In this document: positions 55,201-62,802 of the stretch, piece after piece
Position numbering within the stretch: the first letter of the stretch is position 1
Layout of the letters: every line of letters begins with the position of its first letter
IMG/VR virus record: IMGVR_UViG_3300025429_000011
Coordinates: 18,527-82,526 of that record
Source: a virus
Lineage: Duplodnaviria > Heunggongvirae > Uroviricota > Caudoviricetes
Reading direction: 5' to 3' (one strand)
DNA: 64,000 nt
Made by a program: the position numbers and the translations under genes
The notes under the pieces: generated by a model
Database searches by the model: none
The model's input: only the letters and a program-made list of their open reading frames with translations
Told to the model about the DNA's origin: nothing

Positions 55201-55721
55201 TGTATTATTCAACAAAGACATATGGTACTGATAGAGGTTTAAGTTGTTGCTTCCGTCAATGGAAAGCAGATCATAGTCACTGTTCTACTCTTCATGGCTA
55301 CTCGATCGGTATTAAATTAATTTTTAAATCAGAAACCCTTGATGAAAAAAACTGGGTTATGGACTTTGGTGGACTAAAAGCTTTTAAGGCTTGGGCTGAT
55401 CATATGTTTGATCATACAATGCTTATTGCACAAGATGATCCACATTTAGATACTTTTATCGAATTGAATAATATTGGTGGTGGTTTTAACGATAGCGGTG
55501 TTGTTGATCTGCGTATAGTTGATGCAGTTGGATGTGAGGCATTTGCTGAAATGACTTATCACGTTATGAATAATATCTTGAAATCATTTCAGGAAGGTGA
55601 TATAGTAGAGATTGATGATCAAGAATATACTGCACGGTATCCTGTCAACAAAGGTGTAAAGCTAGTTTCGGTAGAAGTATTTGAACATGCAGGTAATTCT
55701 GCAGTATACGAAGGTGAATAA
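55200..55721 (+). CDS. queD: 6-carboxy-5,6,7,8-tetrahydropterin synthase QueD (PTPS T-fold).
   Basis: ..CSTLHGYS..NWVMDFGGLKAFKAWADHMFDHTMLIAQDDP..VFEHAGNSAVYEGE aligns with E. coli QueD (..[51 protein letters not shown]). Confidence 0.8.
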   Translation: MYYSTKTYGTDRGLSCCFRQWKADHSHCSTLHGYSIGIKLIFKSETLDEKNWVMDFGGLKAFKAWADHMFDHTMLIAQDDPHLDTFIELNNIGGGFNDSGVVDLRIVDAVGCEAFAEMTYHVMNNILKSFQEGDIVEIDDQEYTARYPVNKGVKLVSVEVFEHAGNSAVYEGE

Positions 55722-56422
55722 TGATTAAAGGTTATAGAGATTATTTTACACCAGTAGTAGTAGAAGAAGAGCAGCCGATTAAAAAACTTTCAGCTATTAT
55801 TTTTTCTTGCTCATTAAAATCAGATCCAAATAAATCTATGTCTCATTATCTTAGTGAGATAGTTAAAGATAAGTTTGATGCAGAAAATATTGAAACAGAA
55901 ATTGTTTATATTAAAGATCTAAAAGATTTTAAATTTGGTGTAGAAAGAGAAGTTGAAGGTGAAAAAGATGACTTTACAGACTACATTGATAAAGTAATTA
56001 ATTCTGATATAGTTATTGTTGCCACTCCTATATGGTGGGGCGTCCATTCTAGTCTTGCACAAGCAGTCTTAGAAAGATTAACTTGGTTTGATGATGAAGC
56101 ATTAAGAACAAATCATAGTTTACTTTACGGTAAACTTTTTGGTACTATTGTTTCAGGTGCAGAAGATGGATGGCAACACATTCAAGGTAATATGTTTAAT
56201 TTTGCTTCTGAGCTAGGGTTTATAGTTCCTCCAAAAGCTTTTATTTCATCTAAGATGCAGAGTAAAAAAGAAATAGATAAAGACAAAGAGACACAAGACC
56301 AAGTTAATAGTTTTACTACTATTATGGTTGATCTTTGTAAAGTAATTTCATATAATGATTTAAATCAGTCGTTTCAATCAAATGGATTTTTGCAAGTAGG
56401 TACACTTGCTGGTAAAAAATAA
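55721..56422 (+). CDS. Flavodoxin-like fold protein (NAD(P)H-dependent FMN reductase family-like).
   Basis: SDIVIVATPIWWGVHSSLAQAVLERLTW resembles the FMN_red / flavodoxin_2 core (DA.I..SP.Y.G....LK...D). Confidence 0.4.
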   Translation: MIKGYRDYFTPVVVEEEQPIKKLSAIIFSCSLKSDPNKSMSHYLSEIVKDKFDAENIETEIVYIKDLKDFKFGVEREVEGEKDDFTDYIDKVINSDIVIVATPIWWGVHSSLAQAVLERLTWFDDEALRTNHSLLYGKLFGTIVSGAEDGWQHIQGNMFNFASELGFIVPPKAFISSKMQSKKEIDKDKETQDQVNSFTTIMVDLCKVISYNDLNQSFQSNGFLQVGTLAGKK

Positions 56423-56433
56423 TTGCAAGATAT

Positions 56434-57165
56434 ATGAAAGAGTTAGATATGAATGAATTAAACACACTACCAGTATCAGTAAGAATTAAGGAGCAATTAA
56501 AGAATGCCAATATTCGTTATTTTGCCAATGATAACGTTAGTCAATTTTTGGACGATGAATCTCGTGCTCTACTCATCGACGAGGTAGCAGATAAATTTGA
56601 AGGTGTTTTACGCTCTTTGTTAATCGACGTCGATAATGATCCTAATTCCAAAGGCACTGCTCACCGTCTTGCTAAGATGTACATTAATGAAATTATGTCT
56701 GGGAGATATTATAATGAACCTACTGTCACTTCATTCCCTAATGACGGGTCGCATGGAACGAAGCCTTATCATGGTATGCTTGTTGTCCGTGCTGAACTTA
56801 AGTCTATGTGTTCTCACCACCATCAACCTGTTACGGGAACCGCTTACATTGGAGTCATCCCTTCTACTAATGTTATCGGTCTCAGTAAGTATATTAGGAT
56901 TGCACAACATTGTGCAAGACGTGGCACTCTTCAAGAAGAACTTTGCGGGGACATCGCCGCAGCAATAAGTAAAGCAACACAGTCTAAAGACGTTGGTGTT
57001 TATATTGAAGCAACCCACGGCTGCTGTGAAAACAGAGGTATTATGGCTTCTAATAGTCTCACACAAACGTCAGTATTACTTGGTGATTTCTTAGATGATG
57101 CTTCAGTAAAGAATGAATTCTATAGTAATATTAAGTTACAGACAAGTCGTTATAGCTGTAACTAA
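56434..57165 (+). CDS. folE: GTP cyclohydrolase I FolE.
   Basis: KSMCSHHHQPVTGTAYIGVIPSTNVIGLSKYIRIAQHCARRGTLQEEL matches FolE (MCEHHLVPF.GKAHVAYIP...VVGLSK..R.V..FA.R.Q.QE.L). Confidence 0.9.
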   Translation: MKELDMNELNTLPVSVRIKEQLKNANIRYFANDNVSQFLDDESRALLIDEVADKFEGVLRSLLIDVDNDPNSKGTAHRLAKMYINEIMSGRYYNEPTVTSFPNDGSHGTKPYHGMLVVRAELKSMCSHHHQPVTGTAYIGVIPSTNVIGLSKYIRIAQHCARRGTLQEELCGDIAAAISKATQSKDVGVYIEATHGCCENRGIMASNSLTQTSVLLGDFLDDASVKNEFYSNIKLQTSRYSCN

Positions 57166-57177
57166 TTGAAATACATG

Positions 57178-57214
57178 AGGTTCTTTTCAGTTGATTTTTT
57201 ACTGAAAAGAACCT
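57178..57214 (+). terminator. Perfect 14-bp stem hairpin (aggttcttttcagt / actgaaaagaacct) with a 9-nt T-rich loop, after folE.
   Basis: Read directly. An A/T-rich tract follows. Confidence 0.5.
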
Positions 57215-57250
57215 ATTATTATAATTATAGGAAGAAATGGAGAATCACCT

Positions 57251-57463
57251 ATGATTAATCTTGATCAATACGTTAAAGCAGTTTGGGATGCAAAGACTGA
57301 CGCAGATAAACGTACTGCAATGGAGGCATTAGTAGATGCTTCTCATGCCAAAAAAGAAACTAAAATTCTTACCAAGCTTAAAATTAAAACTCTGTATGGC
57401 AAAAAGCTAGACTCTTTTGCTACCAACTATGCTTTTTCTGGTGAAGGTATGAAGGTAAGTTAA
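57251..57463 (+). CDS. Hypothetical small protein.
   Basis: 70-aa ORF with a GGAGAA RBS. Confidence 0.4.
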   Translation: MINLDQYVKAVWDAKTDADKRTAMEALVDASHAKKETKILTKLKIKTLYGKKLDSFATNYAFSGEGMKVS

Positions 57464-57464
57464 G

Positions 57465-57818
57465 ATGAATTACTCATATTTTAAGAAAAACTATCTAATA
57501 GATAATTTATTAGATTATGATGGATATCCTAAACATACGCGATTTATTAAAAAGCTCTTTTATAGGTTTGCAGATGAGTTATTTAATGATTTTGGGTTTA
57601 ATATGCGTAAATGTTCTATATGCGGAATTGAAGATAAGTGGAATGGCAGACCTTTTATGATGGAACTTGACCATATTAACCGTATTACTAATGATTCAAG
57701 AATTGAAAATCTCAGAATTATATGTCCTATTTGTCATTCACAAACAGATGGTTACAAAAATAGGAAGATAACTATCGAAGAATATCATAGAAAGATGGTA
57801 TGTGATGGTATGGTATGA
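57465..57818 (+). CDS. HNH endonuclease.
   Basis: CSICG...ELDHINRITNDSRIENLRIICPICHSQT has the HNH core with flanking CxxC zinc-binding pairs. Confidence 0.7.
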   Translation: MNYSYFKKNYLIDNLLDYDGYPKHTRFIKKLFYRFADELFNDFGFNMRKCSICGIEDKWNGRPFMMELDHINRITNDSRIENLRIICPICHSQTDGYKNRKITIEEYHRKMVCDGMV

Positions 57819-58233
57819 AAACTCAGAAGGCCGGCATGGTAAAAATGGTGCTAAAGGTGATGCTGGTGAAAAATTTGTATCTGAGTATTTTGAAAAAAGA
57901 GGATTTGAATGGAAACATTTAAAAGATCCACACAGTCAGTATAATAGAGGTATAGATTTTATTGTTAATGGGTACCCTATAGATGTAAAAACAAATGGTA
58001 AGGAAAACACTCTTACTGTTGAATTGAAGAAAGAAGGCAAACAAGGTTGGCTTTATAAATCAGAAGCTGTATTTATTTTTGGTGTTGATTTAAAGCAAAA
58101 AGAAATATATGTTTATAGATTAGTAAAAATGCGTGAATATGTTAAAGAAAATATTAATAAAGCTTACTATAGAGGTGATGATTTGTTAATTAAAGTTCCT
58201 AAAACTTTAGAATTTATAAAAAGGTTACAATGA
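57802..58233 (+). CDS. Hypothetical protein with a PD-(D/E)xK nuclease-like motif.
   Basis: GIDFIVNGYPIDVKT matches the D...(D/E)xK pattern. Overlaps the HNH gene. Confidence 0.35.
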   Translation: MMVWYENSEGRHGKNGAKGDAGEKFVSEYFEKRGFEWKHLKDPHSQYNRGIDFIVNGYPIDVKTNGKENTLTVELKKEGKQGWLYKSEAVFIFGVDLKQKEIYVYRLVKMREYVKENINKAYYRGDDLLIKVPKTLEFIKRLQ

Positions 58234-59021
58234 AAATAGCACATGAAGCTCCTATAAGTATATTTCCTACAGTTCAGCTTATGACCGATTATGATTATGC
58301 GCTGGTACATTTATTTGAATCTAATTTAATGTATTACCGCATGTTCAAGGATGCAGTGGTAAGCGGACGTGAAGTAATTCTTGATAATTCTATTTTTGAA
58401 TTAGGTACATCATTTGATGGTGATACTTATTTTAATTGGATTGAAAAGTTACAACCTACATGGTACATTATACCAGATGTACTAGAAGATAAACAGGGCA
58501 CTTTGGATAAAATGGATAATTGGTTATCTAAGTATAAAGTCTCTTCAAATATTAAATCTATTGGTGTTATTCAAGGTAAGACTTTTGATGAGCTTGCTGA
58601 ATGTTATTTAAAGATTGCTCCACGGGTAGATAAAATTGCAATCTCTTTTGATTACTCATACTATATAGAATCAACAAAAGATATTAATCCTACTAGCAAA
58701 TACGCTGCATGGATGTTTGGTCGTCAAGCATTGTTAGAGGATTTACTTGCTGATGGTATTATAGATACTAACAAGCCCCATCATTTATTAGGTTGCGCTT
58801 TACCACAAGAATTCTCTGCCTATAAAGACTATAAGTGGATTGACTCTGTTGATACTTCTAATCCTGTAGTACACGGGTTAAATGGTATACATTATACTTC
58901 TAATGGCTTAGATAGTAAAATTTCTACTAAGCTTATTGAGTATATGAACGAACAAGTAACCGATATACAACTTGGTATGGTTAAATATAATATTGAAAAA
59001 TTTAGAGAGTTTTGTAATTGA
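58230..59021 (+). CDS. dpdA: DpdA-like 7-deazaguanine DNA transglycosylase (TGT-fold TIM barrel).
   Basis: IGVIQGKTFDE matches TGT FGIVQGG. HLLGCALPQEF..WIDSVDTSNPV matches TGT YLMGVGTPEDL..GIDMFDCVMPTRNA (catalytic Asp region). It is embedded in the preQ0/preQ1 biosynthesis cluster. Confidence 0.7.
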   Translation: MKIAHEAPISIFPTVQLMTDYDYALVHLFESNLMYYRMFKDAVVSGREVILDNSIFELGTSFDGDTYFNWIEKLQPTWYIIPDVLEDKQGTLDKMDNWLSKYKVSSNIKSIGVIQGKTFDELAECYLKIAPRVDKIAISFDYSYYIESTKDINPTSKYAAWMFGRQALLEDLLADGIIDTNKPHHLLGCALPQEFSAYKDYKWIDSVDTSNPVVHGLNGIHYTSNGLDSKISTKLIEYMNEQVTDIQLGMVKYNIEKFREFCN

Positions 59022-59554
59022 GACCGTGGATAGCTCTTTTTAGTCAAACTGGAAGTGAACTCAAAAGTATTTGTGATCACTTTAACGTATGGCCTACAAA
59101 CATATATACTAACAATTATAATGAAGATCAATGGGCTCATAATATACCTGTTGATAAAGTAACCATTATGAGCCATGATGCTATTCATAATGGATTGCGC
59201 TTTACTAAGCAAAATTGCTTTGTAACCTTGCATGGATATCTTCGTATTATACCTGCTGACGTTTGTAAAATGCATGACATTTACAACGGTCATCCTGCAC
59301 CTATACATCTTTATCCAGAACTTAAAGGTAAAGACCCTCAAGAGCGTATTTGGGAAGGTAATGCCAGGTATCATACATTAGGTTCAGTTATTCACAGAGT
59401 AACAGAAGGTGTTGATGAAGGCGAAATAGTTTATAGTGTTATTGAAGATAATACTTGCATTAGTAAGGAAGAGCTTTATAATACACTTAAGGATTGCTCA
59501 TATAATTCGTGGATTGAATTTTTAGAAAGTAAGATAGATGTCAGCAAAAGATAA
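59018..59554 (+). CDS. Formyltransferase (PurN/Fmt N-terminal-domain family). Candidate DpdN-type preQ1 formyltransferase.
   Basis: IYNGHPAPIHLYPELKG matches PurN LLNIHPSLLPKYPG. YHTLGSVIHRVTEGVDEGEIV matches EHGTSVHFVTDELDGGPVI. The N/H/D catalytic triad is conserved. Confidence 0.65.
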   Translation: MRPWIALFSQTGSELKSICDHFNVWPTNIYTNNYNEDQWAHNIPVDKVTIMSHDAIHNGLRFTKQNCFVTLHGYLRIIPADVCKMHDIYNGHPAPIHLYPELKGKDPQERIWEGNARYHTLGSVIHRVTEGVDEGEIVYSVIEDNTCISKEELYNTLKDCSYNSWIEFLESKIDVSKR

Positions 59555-59792
59555 TAAAGATGCAATTAGACCTAATCATTATAAAGGTAAAGGTAAATAC
59601 GAATGCATCGATGTAATTGAAGATCTCTGCAATACTTCTACTAATGATCGATTTACTGACTACAATAGGTTTCAAGCTTTTAAATATGTCTGGCGTGCAG
59701 GTAATAAAGATCCTGTAATTCAGGATCTTAAGAAAGCTATTACGTTTTTAGAATTTGCAATTGCATATGAGGAAAAGAAAAATGTCAAGTAA
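59538..59792 (+). CDS. Hypothetical small protein.
   Basis: 84-aa ORF. Confidence 0.35.
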   Translation: MSAKDNKDAIRPNHYKGKGKYECIDVIEDLCNTSTNDRFTDYNRFQAFKYVWRAGNKDPVIQDLKKAITFLEFAIAYEEKKNVK

Positions 59793-60723
59793 GATTGAAG
59801 ATATTGCATCCGTACACTTAGGAAAGGCTGGAGATGGATCAGTTGTTAAGCCTTATATTACTCCCGATTTTATTGATCGTAGCCTTCTTGTGGGTATTCC
59901 TCGCATGCTTAATCGCACTGCTTACAATATTGATGAATCTGATCTACCTTTCGTTGGTTTTGATACTTGGAACTGTTATGAGTTTTCTACCCTTACTGAT
60001 AATGGGTTTCCTGTTTGTGGTGTTATTAGGATTAGTTATCCGTCTGATTCGCCTAATATTGTAGAGTCAAAGTCACTTAAACTCTATATGAACTCATTTA
60101 ACATGACTCACTGTGGTAAGACCGTTGAGGATGTTATTGCAAAAGCAGAAGAAGTTATTATTCAAGATCTTGCACCTGCATTAGGTATTGAGTATGATGA
60201 TCTCTCAGTATCATTTGTTAATGAGTTTTCAGATACAGTAACACCAATCAAGAATTATTTTGCTCTTCTTGAAACTACAGTAGATGTAGAAAATATTTCG
60301 TTTGACCATTTTAACGAAGATCCAGATATCTTACAAATTGTAGATTATACTGGTATGAATCAAAATGGTATGCAAGTACGTTCTGCAGTTCTTCGTTCTA
60401 ACTGCCGTGTTACTAATCAGCCAGACTGGGGTGATGTATATATTTCATTCAGAGGTGAAAAAGGTGTAACACCTGAATCACTACTACAGTATATTGTTTC
60501 TATGCGTAAAGAAAATCACTTTCATGAAGAGATTTGTGAGTGCATTTATAAGCGACTTCATGATATGCTACAACCAGAAGATCTTTTTGTAGCATGTCTG
60601 TATACACGTCGTGGTGGTATTGATATTAATCCAGCACGCGCTTCTAGCTATGAGCTATTAATGACTTATGCAGATAATCTAAGCAAGACTCATAAATTGA
60701 ACAATAAGACATTGAGGCAGTAA
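59782..60723 (+). CDS. queF: NADPH-dependent 7-cyano-7-deazaguanine reductase QueF (bimodular, E. coli type).
   Basis: MSS..LGK...Y...Y....L.G.PR.LNR..........LPF.G.D.W..YE.S.L...G.P..... VESKSLKLYMNSFN, SNCRVTNQPDWG, ENHFHEEICE and YTRRGGIDINP align across E. coli QueF. Confidence 0.9.
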   Translation: MSSKIEDIASVHLGKAGDGSVVKPYITPDFIDRSLLVGIPRMLNRTAYNIDESDLPFVGFDTWNCYEFSTLTDNGFPVCGVIRISYPSDSPNIVESKSLKLYMNSFNMTHCGKTVEDVIAKAEEVIIQDLAPALGIEYDDLSVSFVNEFSDTVTPIKNYFALLETTVDVENISFDHFNEDPDILQIVDYTGMNQNGMQVRSAVLRSNCRVTNQPDWGDVYISFRGEKGVTPESLLQYIVSMRKENHFHEEICECIYKRLHDMLQPEDLFVACLYTRRGGIDINPARASSYELLMTYADNLSKTHKLNNKTLRQ

Positions 60724-61469
60724 TGAACTTACAAGAAGCATTAGCAGCATTACCTGATACAGATGATAATGTAGTATCCGTTCTTTCTGGTGGAATGGAT
60801 TCTACTATCATGACTTACATCCTTGTTGCAAAGTATGGCAAGGAAAGAGTTTTTGCTTTATCATATAACTATGGTCAAAAGCAAAAGAAAGAACTTGAGA
60901 TGGCTGCCAAGACATGTGAATATCTTGGCATTGCTCATAAAGTATTGGATCTTGGAATTCTTGGTGATATTGTAAAGGATGTCAGTGCAAATATCGGCGG
61001 CACTGACGTGGCTATGCCAACCATCAAAGATGTTCTTGGAGATCCACAACCTAAAACTTATGTACCATTCCGCAATATGATCTTAAATGCATTAGCATTT
61101 TCATTTGCTGAATCTAATAAAGCTTCTCATGTATTTACCGGTTTACAAGTACATGACGAGTATGGCTACTGGGATACTTCTCAGAAATTTGTTGATAATA
61201 TGAATGCAGTTGCTGGTCTTAATCGCACCCACAAGGTTAAGCTTGAAGCGCCTTTTAGTCAATTAGCAAAGTGGGAAGAGATCAAGATTGCAGAGGAGCT
61301 TGGTAATGTTAAACTTGAATACACTCTTACTTGTTATGATCCTGATGATGATGGAAGGTCATGTGGTGTTTGCCCCAGCTGTTCGGAGCGTATACAGAAT
61401 TTTATTAGAGCTAATGTTCGTGATCCTATTGCTTACGTACACGGTATCGATTGGGATAGATTTATATAA
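60723..61469 (+). CDS. queC: 7-cyano-7-deazaguanine synthase QueC.
   Basis: PP-loop VLSGGMDST, ..YNYGQKQKKELE..AHKVLDL, and a C-terminal Zn cluster CYDPDDDGRSCGVCPSCSER. Confidence 0.9.
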   Translation: MNLQEALAALPDTDDNVVSVLSGGMDSTIMTYILVAKYGKERVFALSYNYGQKQKKELEMAAKTCEYLGIAHKVLDLGILGDIVKDVSANIGGTDVAMPTIKDVLGDPQPKTYVPFRNMILNALAFSFAESNKASHVFTGLQVHDEYGYWDTSQKFVDNMNAVAGLNRTHKVKLEAPFSQLAKWEEIKIAEELGNVKLEYTLTCYDPDDDGRSCGVCPSCSERIQNFIRANVRDPIAYVHGIDWDRFI

Positions 61470-62098
61470 TGTGCAGTATCATTGGTTCTTTCAGTAAAGA
61501 TAAAATTGCTGACCTCGTAAAGCTAAACCTTTATAGAGGTCAGCATTCATATTCTTATTCTTACTATAACCTTGAAGATAATACAATCCAAGTAAACAGA
61601 GGCTTAGGTGAGATACCTCTTGATGCTATTAACATACCCGATAGGTGCTATTGTATTGCTCATATGCAGGCGCCTACAACAGAAAATAAAGATATAAATT
61701 CTGTTCACCCTGCTTATAGTGGTAATGCTTTACTATGGCATAACGGTATAGTAAAGGCAAAATGGATTAACGAACGTAAGCAACAATATGAAGGTGACCG
61801 TTATAATACTTGGGATACTTATTTGATTTTAAAGCAGTATGCTGAGGAAGGTCACCTAAATAATATTGATGGTACTTTTTCCTGTGTGTACTACAGTCCT
61901 ATGGAAGGATTGCAGTTGTTTCGCAATCTCATTTCACCATTGTTCATAGATGATGATCATAATATCTCATCTACAAAATTTGAAAATTCTCAACCATTAC
62001 CTGCAAATATTATCTGGAGTTTTAATCCAGGTGAAGGTATTATAAGAGATGGTATTTTTAATACAGTTGAAAACCCTTATTATGGATTAGATTTATGA
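61469..62098 (+). CDS. Class-II (Ntn) glutamine amidotransferase domain protein, translationally coupled to queC (TAATG).
   Basis: N-terminal MCSIIG (Cys2 nucleophile after Met removal). 209 aa, the size of a stand-alone GATase-II domain. Confidence 0.55.
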   Translation: MCSIIGSFSKDKIADLVKLNLYRGQHSYSYSYYNLEDNTIQVNRGLGEIPLDAINIPDRCYCIAHMQAPTTENKDINSVHPAYSGNALLWHNGIVKAKWINERKQQYEGDRYNTWDTYLILKQYAEEGHLNNIDGTFSCVYYSPMEGLQLFRNLISPLFIDDDHNISSTKFENSQPLPANIIWSFNPGEGIIRDGIFNTVENPYYGLDL

Positions 62099-62610
62099 GT
62101 ATGTTACATATTGCTTCAAAGAAAACCAAATCAAGTTTAACCAATATGTTGGATGAAGATATCCAACCTAATGCCGTTGATCTTCGTCTTGATAAAATTT
62201 TTATTATTCATCCTGCTCTCTTTACTCTTGGTACTGATGATACTGGTAAAGAAATCAAAAAGCATAGAGGATCAGTAGAGATATATCCTGATAGTGAAGG
62301 TTACTTTTATTTGCATCCAGGTAATGCATACGAAGTTATTATGGAAAATGTTATTGAGGTAGGTGATGGTGAAGCAGGTTGGGTTATTACCAGAAGTACT
62401 CTTAATCGTAATGGTTTGTATATTACTTCCGGTTTATATGACTCTGGCTATCATGGAGTTATGGCTGGTGCTCTACATGTAAAAAATGGTCCAGCAAAAA
62501 TTAAAAAAGGTAGCCGTATTGGCCAGTTTTTACTTTTTAAGTCTGAGTCACTAAAGAAGTATGATGGTGATTATGGTCTCGGTAAAGAGCATGATAAAAA
62601 ATATACTTGA
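62095..62610 (+). CDS. dCTP deaminase / dUTPase superfamily protein (Dcd-like).
   Basis: NAVDLRLD matches Dcd ATVDVRLG. EGYFYLHPGNAYEV matches Dcd EGEAFYLHPGELAL. GLYDSGYHGVM resembles dUTPase motif III G.IDxDYRG. Confidence 0.65.
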   Translation: MSMLHIASKKTKSSLTNMLDEDIQPNAVDLRLDKIFIIHPALFTLGTDDTGKEIKKHRGSVEIYPDSEGYFYLHPGNAYEVIMENVIEVGDGEAGWVITRSTLNRNGLYITSGLYDSGYHGVMAGALHVKNGPAKIKKGSRIGQFLLFKSESLKKYDGDYGLGKEHDKKYT

Positions 62611-62782
62611 ATATATTAAATGGTCTAACTTATTAATAAAATTTAGATTAAACCCATTTCGGTGGCATATATCCTATAGTTGGTATACTCATAGTGATAT
62701 GGATCCTGGAATGTTAATAAATGCGCATTTAGAATTTGGTCCATTAGAAATTGCATTATGGATTGATGATGGTAGTTGGTAA
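62591..62782 (+). CDS. Possible small protein (64 aa from the ATG at 62591).
   Basis: MIKNILEYIKWSNLLIKFRLNPFRWHISYSWYTHSDMDPGMLINAHLEFGPLEIALWIDDGSW fills the 190-bp gap before the next gene. Confidence 0.3.
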   Translation: MIKNILEYIKWSNLLIKFRLNPFRWHISYSWYTHSDMDPGMLINAHLEFGPLEIALWIDDGSW

Positions 62783-62802
62783 AAAACAAGGAAAAATAAA
62801 AA

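Noticed and set aside
59018-59554. Formyltransferase as a housekeeping PurN (purine biosynthesis auxiliary metabolic gene).
   Set aside because: Not fully rejected; marine T4-like phages do carry pur genes. The tight embedding between dpdA and queF and the shortened length favour a deazaguanine-modifying role, and the two can only be separated by phylogeny or biochemistry.
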